Assembly (NCBI GenBank): GCA_963708045.1
Contig: OY970181.1
Location: forward strand, 971,042-1,035,041
Reading direction: 5' to 3'
Source of the DNA: an uncultured bacterium
GTDB lineage: Bacteria > Patescibacteriota > Patescibacteriia > CAIQCM01
Length of the DNA stretch: 64,000 bases
The notes under the pieces are model-generated. The model saw only the letters and a program-made list of their open reading frames with translations, had not been told where the DNA came from and searched no databases. Shown here one piece after another: positions 47,850-58,203 of this stretch. Position numbers and translations under genes: made by a program. Numbering within the stretch: position 1 is the stretch's first letter; each line of letters starts with the position of its first letter.

Positions 47850-49334
47850 TCAACTTCTCTTCAAAATTCTAACAATCCCCTTTTCCGCATCAACTTCAAC
47901 AAGGTCGCCATCTTTGAATATCTTTGTTGCAAATTTAGTACCAATGATACAGGGTATCTTTAACTCGCGCGAAACAATGGCGGCGTGGCAAGTGATTCCG
48001 CCTTCGTCGGTGATCACGGCCAAACTCCTTCTCATTGCTGGGACATATTCCGGAGTTGTCATCGCCGTCACTAATATTTCACCATCCTCCAATTTGCTAA
48101 TTTCTGATGGTGTCAAAAGAATTCTGATCTTGCCGGTGGTTATTGCCTGAAGACCTCTTGAACCAATCTGCCCTTTAACAAACTCGGCAGAATCATTTTT
48201 GGGCGTAGCTTGCGCCACAAAGGCCGCGGATTTTTCTTCGTCCCACATTTCGCAAACACCATCTTTCCAATGCATTATGAAAGCGCCATTTATTCTTTTT
48301 TCCGCAAGCGCGATCAATTTATCGGCCTCGTGTTCATATTGTTTGATTTCATCAAGCACCAGATACTTTAAATGAAGAATTTTTACGCCGAGCCGTTCGG
48401 CAATCTCATTAATGATCCGGTGAAAAACTTCGTGTGCTTGAAAAGTAAATTCTTTACGCTCGTCGGTCATTAAAGCCAGAGTGTGTGTTACTTCTACCAA
48501 CCGTCTGATCGGCGCGGTGATTTTATATTTATCGTAGATCGCGTTTTGCTTTTTTAAAATGTTGTCTTTGTAGAAAACAATTTGTTTAATGCGTTCTTCA
48601 ATCATCACCCGATCTTTTGTCGCCAAAATATTCTTTATACTTTTTAAGTAGTGTTCGCGGTCATAAAGAGCCGGGCCGTCGTAACCAAACGGTATCCAAT
48701 AATATGCTTGGACGAGATTCTTTAGTTCTCGTTCAATTTTTTCAGGAATACTTTTATCAAGATTACATCCGCTATCAATCGTCTTTATGGCAACTTCAAG
48801 TATTTCCCTTTCTTCGTTGGAACTGAACGAAGGAATAGAAGGCGTAAGCAATGTTGCAATATCTTCGGTGCTAACTAAAAAAATCTCTGATAATTTCTTT
48901 TGCAAATAAGCATGTAAATAATCTCCCCCAAAGAACCAGGGCGAAACATTTAATTGATCATGCGCGATCCAAGCACCTTCAAGATCCTGATACGCTTGAA
49001 ACAGCTTTTCAATCGTGAACTTAGAAAGATCACTTTTTCTAAGACGACGAGAGAATTTTACCAATTTTTTTCCGGCGACTTTTTGTTTTTTGTAAAGAGT
49101 CGGTATGTAAGACTTATCATTGATCATTCGGTCGCGCAAAAATTCACCAACAGCATCCCATTCCGTTTGCAAATAAAATGACGTGTAGCTGACATTGTGA
49201 ATATACTGCCAAATTTCATGAGGGCACGTACCGTGAATCTCCCGTGTTTTCGGTTGCGACTCACTACATCCGTTCCAGTGTGCCGGGATCGGATGAATCT
49301 TTCTAGATCTGGGTATAAAATATTTTTCCGACAT
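47850..49334 (-). CDS. Variable N-domain + phospho-His swivel (PEP-utiliser mobile) domain protein, long class (494 aa)
   Basis: TDEGGITCHAAIVSRE; start MSEKY 1 nt after the upstream stop. Confidence 0.9.
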   Translation of the reverse strand: MSEKYFIPRSRKIHPIPAHWNGCSESQPKTREIHGTCPHEIWQYIHNVSYTSFYLQTEWDAVGEFLRDRMINDKSYIPTLYKKQKVAGKKLVKFSRRLRKSDLSKFTIEKLFQAYQDLEGAWIAHDQLNVSPWFFGGDYLHAYLQKKLSEIFLVSTEDIATLLTPSIPSFSSNEEREILEVAIKTIDSGCNLDKSIPEKIERELKNLVQAYYWIPFGYDGPALYDREHYLKSIKNILATKDRVMIEERIKQIVFYKDNILKKQNAIYDKYKITAPIRRLVEVTHTLALMTDERKEFTFQAHEVFHRIINEIAERLGVKILHLKYLVLDEIKQYEHEADKLIALAEKRINGAFIMHWKDGVCEMWDEEKSAAFVAQATPKNDSAEFVKGQIGSRGLQAITTGKIRILLTPSEISKLEDGEILVTAMTTPEYVPAMRRSLAVITDEGGITCHAAIVSRELKIPCIIGTKFATKIFKDGDLVEVDAEKGIVRILKRS

Positions 49335-49335
49335 A

Positions 49336-50739
49336 TTATTGTATTTTTTTAACAATTCCTTTAACCGCATCAACTTCAACAAGATCGCCGTCTTTAAGCA
49401 CTTGCGTTGCGATCTGTGTGCCAATAATGCACGGCTTGCCCATTTCCCGTGCCACAATCGCTGCGTGCGAGGTCACCCCGCCGCGATCGGTTACAAAGGC
49501 CGCCGCTCTAGCCATAGCCGGAATAAAATCGGGCGTTGTTTCGGGTGCGACCAAGACCATCCCCTTTTTTACTTTGACATTATCCGCCGGAACTAGAACA
49601 ACCGCGACAATGCCCGTTACCAAGCCCTTGCATCCAATATTCCCCTTAAATTCTTTTACCTCACTACCCAGAACAATCAAACCAAGATCTTTAAGTTGTT
49701 CCCGCAACTCGTCACCAACGGAAATATGGATCACTCCGTTTTCTTTATACATCCCAAAACCTTTTTGTCTTTCTTTGATCTTAATATTTATGCCGTCGTT
49801 TATGCCACGGTCAAGCGACTTGATTTCTTCGGTCGTAAGAAAAACAATGTCATCGTATTCCAAATCAAATTTTTTTGCGAAATTAGTCAGCGCCGTGCGG
49901 AAAGAATATACCAAATGAGCCGAACTCTGGGCACAACCCAAACGTTGTTTTGTTGTTTCCGCGACAATGTCAAAAAAATCTTTGATCTCATCGGGAACAT
50001 TGGTTTTTTTAGCCTCAACAACGTTGGAATGTCCAATTGCTTCAATAAATTTATTCATCGTCCGTGCTTCGCCCCAAAAATGATGCGTTCCGATATATTC
50101 TGTTTCTTTTTGATATTTTTCCATTGCTCCAGCTAGTTCAATATTTTTTTCTTTGATCACGGCCAGATTTAGAGGCAATTTATTTTTTTCAATTTCTTGC
50201 TTAAATATAAAAAGCTTCTTTTGATCTTCAGTCAGCATATTCGCGAGCTGGGGTATTTTAGAATTTAAAACATCAACCGAGATACCGGACTTATCCGCGT
50301 AATTTTTTAAATATATATCAGCCGCGTCGCTAACGGCAAAACATGCCATCCAAGGAAAACGGATGCGCTTTATTGCTTCCAAACTATCCATAAGCTCGGA
50401 GACCGTCGCATCCACCCCAAGCGAATGAGAAAGTTTTAAACACTCATTAGCAAGAACCTCGCCATAATGAAGAATTTTTTTCGCTGTATCAGATTTCCCT
50501 TCTTTAAACTCCTTCGCCACCAAGTCGCGAATAAACGGATACGCGCCGTTGTTTGGAAACATGTAATTTCCATCCAAAGCAATACCCGAGATGGCGTCTG
50601 GTGTTACTCCGAGCTCACGCGACTCGGGCGTATCACACCAATCCATCCAAGTTTCATACTCAAGTATCGGCGCTATCCAGCGCCCTAATTTAAAATATTC
50701 GTTCTTGTTAAATTTTCGCGCATCCATTATTTTTTCCAT
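49336..50739 (-). CDS. Phospho-His swivel domain protein, long class (467 aa)
   Basis: TDRGGVTSHAAIVARE; DDIVFLTTEEI. Confidence 0.9.
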   Translation of the reverse strand: MEKIMDARKFNKNEYFKLGRWIAPILEYETWMDWCDTPESRELGVTPDAISGIALDGNYMFPNNGAYPFIRDLVAKEFKEGKSDTAKKILHYGEVLANECLKLSHSLGVDATVSELMDSLEAIKRIRFPWMACFAVSDAADIYLKNYADKSGISVDVLNSKIPQLANMLTEDQKKLFIFKQEIEKNKLPLNLAVIKEKNIELAGAMEKYQKETEYIGTHHFWGEARTMNKFIEAIGHSNVVEAKKTNVPDEIKDFFDIVAETTKQRLGCAQSSAHLVYSFRTALTNFAKKFDLEYDDIVFLTTEEIKSLDRGINDGINIKIKERQKGFGMYKENGVIHISVGDELREQLKDLGLIVLGSEVKEFKGNIGCKGLVTGIVAVVLVPADNVKVKKGMVLVAPETTPDFIPAMARAAAFVTDRGGVTSHAAIVAREMGKPCIIGTQIATQVLKDGDLVEVDAVKGIVKKIQ

Positions 50740-50744
50740 AAAAA

Positions 50745-51818
50745 TTATTTTATCTTTCTAACGATCCCCGTTTCCGCATCAAGTTCAAGGAGATCACCGT
50801 CTTTAATCACCTGCGTGGCAAACTTAGTGCCGACAATGCAAGGTTTTTTAAGTTCGCGGGCAATAATAGAAGCATGACAGACGACACCTCCTTCGTCGGT
50901 AATAATTCCAGCCGCCTTCATGCAAGCAATCATCATATCCGGCTTGGTCATATCTGTTACGATGATCTCCCCCTTTTCCACGTTGTATCCATTTTTAATT
51001 ATTTTTTCATTATCGCTTTGGATTATTACTCTTGCCCTGCCTTTAACCACGCCGCCAAAAACCGGCGAACCTTTAATTACACTTTTATCCTTTGGTAAAA
51101 CCAAATCATTTACTTTGTTCCATAAAATTATGGCGTCGTTTTCTATAAACAACCTTGATTGCTCCCCCTCTCTTAAAAGAGCATAACCATTTCTACGTTT
51201 TTTTATTTCAACTTCCGCAACTTTTCGTCCTTCATGTAACAAACCAGTCATTTCGTCAAATGAGTAAAAATAAAGATCTTTTTGTATATCCAATCCGTTT
51301 CTTCGCGCAATTTTTTTTAAAAATTTTCCGAACACAATATCAGCAAGAAGAGGTAATAATTTTCTTAGCTCTAACCTAAGGGTTGCTATTTTTTCTAAAT
51401 CAACATTCTCTTTTGTTAGCTTGCGCGTTTTGGAGTCTTCCGCCCTCGTATAAAGTTCGCTGTATTTATTTAATTCCGTCCGAAAAATATTAAACAAACT
51501 CACCAGCTCTTCTGTGTTTAATTTTTTAAAATCAAATTCTTTGTATTTATTAAATATGTCATCCACCTCCTTAATTATTTCTTGCGATTCTTTTTCAAAT
51601 GAAAAAATATTTTTCTTTTTTAAAAAATAATCAGGACCGGTTTCTTCATAATTTTTTGCAGAATCGTTCAAATGGTAAAAATGAAGCATTCCATTTTTAT
51701 AGAAAAACAACGTTGACTCACCCAGATAATGCTCGCTATCGGTCAACCAAAAAAGAGGCATTATGGTTTCCCTAGCCCAAAACTCAACACTATTTATTAT
51801 CGGCAAATTAGATTTCAT
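50745..51818 (-). CDS. Phospho-His swivel domain protein, short class (357 aa)
   Basis: TDEGGVVCHASIIARE; DLYFYSFDEM. Confidence 0.9.
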   Translation of the reverse strand: MKSNLPIINSVEFWARETIMPLFWLTDSEHYLGESTLFFYKNGMLHFYHLNDSAKNYEETGPDYFLKKKNIFSFEKESQEIIKEVDDIFNKYKEFDFKKLNTEELVSLFNIFRTELNKYSELYTRAEDSKTRKLTKENVDLEKIATLRLELRKLLPLLADIVFGKFLKKIARRNGLDIQKDLYFYSFDEMTGLLHEGRKVAEVEIKKRRNGYALLREGEQSRLFIENDAIILWNKVNDLVLPKDKSVIKGSPVFGGVVKGRARVIIQSDNEKIIKNGYNVEKGEIIVTDMTKPDMMIACMKAAGIITDEGGVVCHASIIARELKKPCIVGTKFATQVIKDGDLLELDAETGIVRKIK

Positions 51819-51836
51819 TTTTTATAACTACCAACC

Positions 51837-52898
51837 TTAACCCTTTTTCAAAATTCTAACAATCCCCGTTTCCGCATCAACTTCCACAAGATCGCCGTCC
51901 TTAAAAACTCGAGTCGCGATCTTCGTACCGATGATGCAAGGTTTTTTAAGTTCGCGGGCGACGATGGCGGCGTGCGAGAGAACGCCACCTGTATCGGTCA
52001 CAAAAGCAGCGGCTTTTTGCATAAGCGGCAAATATTCTGGACGCGTCATTCCGGTAACGAGAATATCACCATCTTTAAAATTTTTTGCGTCGGAAGGATC
52101 ATGAATCACCCTAACAATTCCCGATACTTTTCCTTTAAAAGCCGCCGTCCCTTTTATTTCTTCTTTTTTTGATTCGATAAAAACAGCTTTCTCAATCGTA
52201 TTAACATTATTATCGGTAACAACACTCATTGCTCCGTCAATAAAAAGGAGCGCACTTTTTTTAAATCGCTTTTCAAGAACTTCTTGCGAAGGAAAGCTCT
52301 TCCCCGAAAGACAATCACCAAGCTCGTCTTTGGTAAGGTGCAAAATATACTTCGTCGGATAATTTATTTTTTTGCCAACTTCAGCCGCATATTTGTTCAT
52401 AAACTCTTCGGTCTTAGCAAAGACCGGCTCGGCATAAAGACGAGCCGAATCAAGATCGGACAAAAATTTCCCCAGAAATTCTTTTGGAAGATAGTCTGTA
52501 ACAAACTTGACATTAATATGCGGCTTATAATATGCATCTTGCGCCGCCCAAAACCTATTGTAGATATCATTGGTTATTTCCGCGTTCTCGGATTCGGCAA
52601 TTAGGTCAAGAATGTCCTTGGTCTTATTTCTGAAATCAGCAATTACTTCATTTGCTCGGTTAGGCTTCTCAGTCCACTCTCTGGCCAGATTTTTGCCAAA
52701 AGTATCTCGTTCATGTTGCATACCAAAACAAGAACTTTTTCCCTCTTCAAAAAAGAAAATAGTTTTATGCAAAAAAACCTTGCCATTGATAATATAGTCC
52801 CTGGTATAGCGCTCTCCCCAATAAGAACATGTCAAAAAACTCCAACGGCCAGCCCATATTTTTATCCAATCGCTTGCTTTAAAATCTGCTTGGTTCAT
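51837..52898 (-). CDS. Phospho-His swivel domain protein, short class (353 aa)
   Basis: TDTGGVLSHAAIVARE; start MNQADF. Confidence 0.9.
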   Translation of the reverse strand: MNQADFKASDWIKIWAGRWSFLTCSYWGERYTRDYIINGKVFLHKTIFFFEEGKSSCFGMQHERDTFGKNLAREWTEKPNRANEVIADFRNKTKDILDLIAESENAEITNDIYNRFWAAQDAYYKPHINVKFVTDYLPKEFLGKFLSDLDSARLYAEPVFAKTEEFMNKYAAEVGKKINYPTKYILHLTKDELGDCLSGKSFPSQEVLEKRFKKSALLFIDGAMSVVTDNNVNTIEKAVFIESKKEEIKGTAAFKGKVSGIVRVIHDPSDAKNFKDGDILVTGMTRPEYLPLMQKAAAFVTDTGGVLSHAAIVARELKKPCIIGTKIATRVFKDGDLVEVDAETGIVRILKKG

Positions 52899-52902
52899 AA
52901 AC

Positions 52903-53601
52903 TTATAGTGAGAGAGTATAAATAGATATGCGACCCCGTTGTAAACCGTCCTTTGCCTCGACACTAAACCGTTCAACTACCTTGTACCCGTGTTTCTTTG
53001 CTTGAGTTGCTGGATTATTAAGCGGTCCCGCGAGATGAAAATAGGGCATCACGATCATTGCATCTTTTTTTAGATATTTTTTAGCCGAGTCTAAAAACCT
53101 ATGGATTAGCGACCCGCGACTTATTCCCTTGATAGGCGTTGATATTTGTTCATCTATCGTTCCATCTGAAAAAAACGGGTGATTGAAGACGATGAGATCA
53201 AATTTTCCCGTAACATTTTCAAACAGGTCGCTCGCGACGACCCGCGCCACAGCACCAAGAGAATATCTTTTTACATTCTCGTTGGTATTTTTTATCGCAG
53301 AAGAGGAAATATCAGCGAACATTATTTTTTTTGCACCATATAAACCCATTACCACCCCTTGGATACCAGTCCCTGACCCCATATCCAGAACATCTCCATT
53401 CCGATATAATCCATTATTAAAAAACAGCCATTGGGCGAGATCAAGCGCGGACATTATATCGGGACGAAGAACAAAAGAATTAACTTTAAAATTTTTTAGC
53501 TGATGACCAGCTCCAAGAATAATATCAGTTATATAATTATCGTGACGATGCGCCTTAATCTGTTTATTAAATTGTTTTTGTTGTTGTAGGTTTAGTTTCA
53601 T
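52903..53601 (-). CDS. Class I SAM-dependent methyltransferase (HemK/MTS-like)
   Basis: VLDMGSGTG, SDLF, FDLIVFNHPF (NPPY-like). Confidence 0.88.
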   Translation of the reverse strand: MKLNLQQQKQFNKQIKAHRHDNYITDIILGAGHQLKNFKVNSFVLRPDIMSALDLAQWLFFNNGLYRNGDVLDMGSGTGIQGVVMGLYGAKKIMFADISSSAIKNTNENVKRYSLGAVARVVASDLFENVTGKFDLIVFNHPFFSDGTIDEQISTPIKGISRGSLIHRFLDSAKKYLKKDAMIVMPYFHLAGPLNNPATQAKKHGYKVVERFSVEAKDGLQRGRISIYTLSL

Positions 53602-53603
53602 AA

Positions 53604-55100
53604 CTATTTTCCTTTATTAACAACCCTGACGACCCCCTTATCCGCGTCCACTTCAACCATATCCCCACTTTTAAATATCTGTGTCGCTACCTTCGTACCG
53701 ATAACGCAAGGTTTTTTAAGTTCGCGGGCGACGATGGCGGCGTGGCAAGTGATCCCACCCTCATCAGTCACGAAAGCGGCTGATTTTTTCATTAAGCTTA
53801 AATAATCTGGCCGCGTCATACCGGTAATGAGTATATCACCATCGTTAAATTCGCCAGGGTTATGCGCGTCCATAACCACCCGGGCAACGCCCGTAACCTT
53901 GCCCTTAAAAGCCACCATCCCTTTAATCTCGTTCGTTTCCCCTGTTGCAAGTGGCGGGCTGATCTTTTTATAAAGTGCCCCTGCCTTACTACCAGCCAAA
54001 CACATTTCTTGACCAAAAATATCTCTAAAATATATGAATTCTTCCTTGCGCTCATTAACCGCAAAATCTTCTATGGTTTTTTTACCAGAAATAATCTCAT
54101 CCAGCTCCCACGGCAGAAGCATAATTGCATCCTCATAGTTAAGATGCTGTTTATCGCAAACAAATTCCAAGTGTCTTCCAAGATAATAGTTGGCGAGTAA
54201 GTTATATTCCTTACGGCGATCCACCCACCAACCGATTTTTCCCAGCCACAAAACCTTTTCATAATCATCTGGATCAAATATGGCTTGTTTTTTTATCTGA
54301 TTGCAGGCTTTTTTATGGTTGGCGGCGAAATCACTTAAAGTCTCAATTTCTGCTTTGTGGTCAGTTTTTATATCAGCCAAAACTTCAAACAATTGCTCGG
54401 CAAAAAATGAGACCGGCAGCGCAGAAATATTTTTATAGTTGTTCTTTATCCAGTGATATTCTTGTTGAATATTTTCTAGAGCGGATTTAATTTCCTTATT
54501 TGCCAACAAGTCTGATGTTGAAGAAAATTTAGTATCTATTAATCGGAGGGCGAGTTTTAATAATTCCTGACGATATCGATTTATAAATGTCTCCCCATAC
54601 TGTTCGGCGAGAATACGCAACTCCTCGCTACAGTACGGGTATTTTTCTTTCATCTCGTTAAAAAACCGTTCACCGTAAATCAGGACACCATTGATTGTAA
54701 CGGCGGGAATGTACTCGGCATCGTAGACGCGAATGAATTCGTCAAAATTTTGGTGAAGATATTCTTCACCCTCTTTCTTAACGAGTCCGATAAATTTTTT
54801 ATACTTATCTTCGGCTTTCAGAAAATCGGCGTATATTCTATCTAAAATACTCCGATCGCTCATCAATTTTAAAAACGAGGCATAATACTCCTCTTCGTCG
54901 GCCAGATACCCACCAACCGATCCGGCTTGGGTAATATGGAATCCGCAAAAAGTTTCCAAAATAAATTCCGGATAGCGTTTATATACACCCTCAGTCCATT
55001 GTCTAAGACCAAAACCAATAACATACGGGGTCATGCTCGAATTTTTAATAAGCCAATTTTTAACTTTAGCAATGCGTTCTTCTATAGTCAGCTCTTTCAT
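53604..55100 (-). CDS. Phospho-His swivel domain protein, long class (498 aa)
   Basis: TDEGGITCHAAIVARE; WVDRRKE. Confidence 0.9.
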   Translation of the reverse strand: MKELTIEERIAKVKNWLIKNSSMTPYVIGFGLRQWTEGVYKRYPEFILETFCGFHITQAGSVGGYLADEEEYYASFLKLMSDRSILDRIYADFLKAEDKYKKFIGLVKKEGEEYLHQNFDEFIRVYDAEYIPAVTINGVLIYGERFFNEMKEKYPYCSEELRILAEQYGETFINRYRQELLKLALRLIDTKFSSTSDLLANKEIKSALENIQQEYHWIKNNYKNISALPVSFFAEQLFEVLADIKTDHKAEIETLSDFAANHKKACNQIKKQAIFDPDDYEKVLWLGKIGWWVDRRKEYNLLANYYLGRHLEFVCDKQHLNYEDAIMLLPWELDEIISGKKTIEDFAVNERKEEFIYFRDIFGQEMCLAGSKAGALYKKISPPLATGETNEIKGMVAFKGKVTGVARVVMDAHNPGEFNDGDILITGMTRPDYLSLMKKSAAFVTDEGGITCHAAIVARELKKPCVIGTKVATQIFKSGDMVEVDADKGVVRVVNKGK

Positions 55101-55678
55101 AATTCCATCTTCTTTAATTTATTCTCGGCAATTTGCTTAAGCTTTGGATCAAAAAATGTTGCGAGAGTTTTTTCAAGCATCTCTTTTATATAATTTTGAT
55201 CCTTAATAAGCGCGCCCATTTTCTTTAGCCGTTCGGTGTTAAAGCGATCCATACAATCTACGTCATGGAATACGCGCTTATTTTCCGAATCATAAACTTT
55301 ATTAATGTCAGTACTTTCAAGCTGATCGGCGTCATGCATACTAATTATCTCAACAATCTCCAATGACTTTGCTGGATCATATCCCACAGCACCAAGAATC
55401 TCCTTGGCAATTTTGGCGCCAGCGAGCATATGCACGAGCTTGCCGTTCTTAACTTTTTCCGTACCAGTAATGTATTTAAAATGCTCGGGCAGGATCGCCG
55501 AGTGGCCAATGTCGTGCATTATTGCAACGGGAATAAGAATATCAAAATATTTCGGATCAACATTGTTGACAATAAATTCAACAACCTCAAGCGCGTGCGT
55601 GTCGTCCCCCGGCCGCCCCTCTTTTAGAATCGGTTCAGCTTTTTCCCAAATTTTTAGATATTCATTAGGTATTCGCAT
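55097..55678 (-). CDS. HD-domain phosphohydrolase
   Basis: THA..IMHDIGH..HMLAGA..MHD..DVDCMDRF. Confidence 0.88.
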   Translation of the reverse strand: MRIPNEYLKIWEKAEPILKEGRPGDDTHALEVVEFIVNNVDPKYFDILIPVAIMHDIGHSAILPEHFKYITGTEKVKNGKLVHMLAGAKIAKEILGAVGYDPAKSLEIVEIISMHDADQLESTDINKVYDSENKRVFHDVDCMDRFNTERLKKMGALIKDQNYIKEMLEKTLATFFDPKLKQIAENKLKKMEL

Positions 55679-55680
55679 AT

Positions 55681-57171
55681 TTATTTTATTTTTAATATCG
55701 TAACAATTCCTAGGTCGGCATTCACTTCCACCATGTCGCCGTCTTTAAAAACCTTGGTCGCGATCTTGGTGCCGATTATGCACGGTTTTTTCATTTCCCG
55801 AGCAACGATCGCGGCATGCGAGGTAATCCCGCCTTGTTCCGTTACGAAAGCGGCTGCTAATTTCATTGCCGGCACAAGATCCGGATTGGTCGCGATGGCA
55901 ACAAGAATATCGCCAGCAACAAGTTTATTAATGTCCGATGAGGTATTTACAATTTTTACTCTTCCCACCACTTTTCCAACGCACGCAACTTGTCCTTTTA
56001 GCTCGGTAATATTTGAATAGTCCTGCGCCCTAAGCGTGTCTTCAAATTTAGCACAATCTTGGTTAATAGCGATAATGTCTAAGCCTTTTTCAGCATAATA
56101 GACACAATGTTGTGTCCGTTGTTCTAAAATTTTCTTTAGCTCGCTTCTTACCTCCCCCGCCTTTAAACTATCAATGACTTCGTCCGGCATCATAAACCGG
56201 CTTTGCATTATTGTTATTCCCAATCGCTTAGAAAGCTCGGCAAACAAAAAATCCATCTTGTAAAACCACAGCAATTGGACGCGGCGGCGGTATGCCTTGG
56301 TAAATGAAAACTCCGCATACTCCAAGAAAAGTTTCTTTTCGGACGAAGTTAATTTTAATTCGTTGGAATATTTTTCCGCGAGTGCTTTGTCGTCGTCCCG
56401 TTTTTTCTGTTCGGTTTTTAACAATTCTTGCGGATCGCCTTTTTTAATCAAATCATAAACTGCTTCGCGATATTCTTCTGTCGTCGTTCCTTCTTTTCCA
56501 ACCAGCTGATGCATGAAATAAAAATATTTTTTATGGTGTTCCGCAAGAGCTTTTTCAAAAGCAGGGTCGTTTTTACTTTTTAAAATCGCCAGATTAATGA
56601 GCGATTCATATTCTTCCTGAATAAAACTTTTTTCGTTGGAAAAGCTTAGCGCCGCCAGTGCTTTATTCGCCTCTCCTTCATCGTTGATCTTTTTCATCAA
56701 GACATCTTTAAGATACGCCGTAAAATGACCGTGGAACATATCAACCGCGTTCGGCAACCAGCCCCAAACGTAAAATTGGGTGTGAACTTTATCCAATTGC
56801 AAATAAAAATCAGCCAGATCGGAATTACTTAGCTTGCATAATTTCTCCAAAGAAATTTTTAAAGTTTCCGCCTCCAACCTGTCGGCGGTTTTTCTGATAT
56901 TAACATTGATCTTCTTCCCAAGATCTTCATTAATAATTTTGTCTAAAATTATCTTAGAAACATTTTCCGAATCCTTGTCGCCATAATAAAATTTTAAATT
57001 ATATCCGGAGTAAACAGACATTACCTTTTTATAATTTATTCCAATCGTTTTTTCCAAATCATTCACAAAAGACGAAAGCCAGATCTGTGAAAACTGAAAA
57101 TCTATATTAGGTATATCCTCAGCCAAAATCCAAGCGTCGTTGTCGTTCAAATATTTTGGTTCGTCGTTCAT
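55681..57171 (-). CDS. Phospho-His swivel domain protein, long class (496 aa)
   Basis: TEQGGITSHAAIVARE. Confidence 0.9.
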   Translation of the reverse strand: MNDEPKYLNDNDAWILAEDIPNIDFQFSQIWLSSFVNDLEKTIGINYKKVMSVYSGYNLKFYYGDKDSENVSKIILDKIINEDLGKKINVNIRKTADRLEAETLKISLEKLCKLSNSDLADFYLQLDKVHTQFYVWGWLPNAVDMFHGHFTAYLKDVLMKKINDEGEANKALAALSFSNEKSFIQEEYESLINLAILKSKNDPAFEKALAEHHKKYFYFMHQLVGKEGTTTEEYREAVYDLIKKGDPQELLKTEQKKRDDDKALAEKYSNELKLTSSEKKLFLEYAEFSFTKAYRRRVQLLWFYKMDFLFAELSKRLGITIMQSRFMMPDEVIDSLKAGEVRSELKKILEQRTQHCVYYAEKGLDIIAINQDCAKFEDTLRAQDYSNITELKGQVACVGKVVGRVKIVNTSSDINKLVAGDILVAIATNPDLVPAMKLAAAFVTEQGGITSHAAIVAREMKKPCIIGTKIATKVFKDGDMVEVNADLGIVTILKIK

Positions 57172-57173
57172 AA

Positions 57174-58193
57174 TTATTTAATTATCCTTACAACCCCTTT
57201 CCCCGCGTCAACTTCCACAAAATCGCCGTTCTTAAGAATTTGAGTGGCAATCTTGGTGCCAATAATGCATGGCTTTTTCATTTCGCGCGCGACGATGGCG
57301 GCGTGGCAGGTGATTCCGCCTTCGTCAGTCACGAACGCCGCCGCTTTTTTCATCGCCAGCAAAAAGTCCGGCGTTGTCATTGGCGCAACAAGAATATCGC
57401 CTTCTTCCACTTCTTGCATATGACTTTGTTTTTTTACAATCCGCACCGTGCCGCGGACTAAACCAGCAAAGGCGACCTGCCCCTTAAACTCACTAACATT
57501 TTTAATATGCGCCAAGCCTTCAAAAATATATTCGGGATTTTCTTTGGTAAAATCATCTAACGTTCCCAGGTACGATTTTACGCCATCAACGAGCAAGAAT
57601 GATTGAAGACGTTTATCCAAAATTTCTTTTGACGGCAATTTTTCTAATTCATTTGGCAAAACAACGCCCGCCTGTTCTAGGGTGAAGCCACCGAGTTTAG
57701 CAATATTCTTTCGGACAAAGACATCGTTATCGGCAAAAAAATCACCCATTTTTCTTGATTCAACGGCCATTGCTTTGGCCTCGTCGGAATTTCGCTCATC
57801 GGTTCCGACGTAAAAGAAAAGCGTGCCCCATAAGGCGGCATTATAAACTAGTTCCGTATAAGCTTTTATTTCCGCCAATGAATTTAAATATTCTTTTTGG
57901 TGTATCTTTTTTAGCTCGTCAAGATAATCTTTATATTCATTGAGAATATTTTTTAAAAATCCTAACCCTTTTTTGTTTTCTTCAAAAAGCTTATCCAAAA
58001 ACCATTGAAAAGCTTTTTTATGCTGCCAAATTTCCACCACGCCATCGTTTACATAATGCGCGATGAATGGAAGGTACGGATTGTCCCAGCCAATTTTTTC
58101 TTTAATAAGAACGGTGAGCCCTTTGGCCCACAACCCTTGCATAAACAAGGTCGTATCTCTAGAAAAATCTTTGGTGAATTCAATTCGTTCCAT
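57174..58193 (-). CDS. Phospho-His swivel domain protein, short class (339 aa)
   Basis: TDEGGITCHAAIVARE; start MERIEF. Confidence 0.9.
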   Translation of the reverse strand: MERIEFTKDFSRDTTLFMQGLWAKGLTVLIKEKIGWDNPYLPFIAHYVNDGVVEIWQHKKAFQWFLDKLFEENKKGLGFLKNILNEYKDYLDELKKIHQKEYLNSLAEIKAYTELVYNAALWGTLFFYVGTDERNSDEAKAMAVESRKMGDFFADNDVFVRKNIAKLGGFTLEQAGVVLPNELEKLPSKEILDKRLQSFLLVDGVKSYLGTLDDFTKENPEYIFEGLAHIKNVSEFKGQVAFAGLVRGTVRIVKKQSHMQEVEEGDILVAPMTTPDFLLAMKKAAAFVTDEGGITCHAAIVAREMKKPCIIGTKIATQILKNGDFVEVDAGKGVVRIIK

Positions 58194-58203
58194 ATTAATT
58201 TGA

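Noticed and set aside
49335-49457. Extended N-termini of ORFs 47850..49457, 51837..52976 and 57174..58295
   Set aside because: The extensions overlap upstream genes; internal ATGs at 49334, 52898 and 58193 give normal operon spacing.
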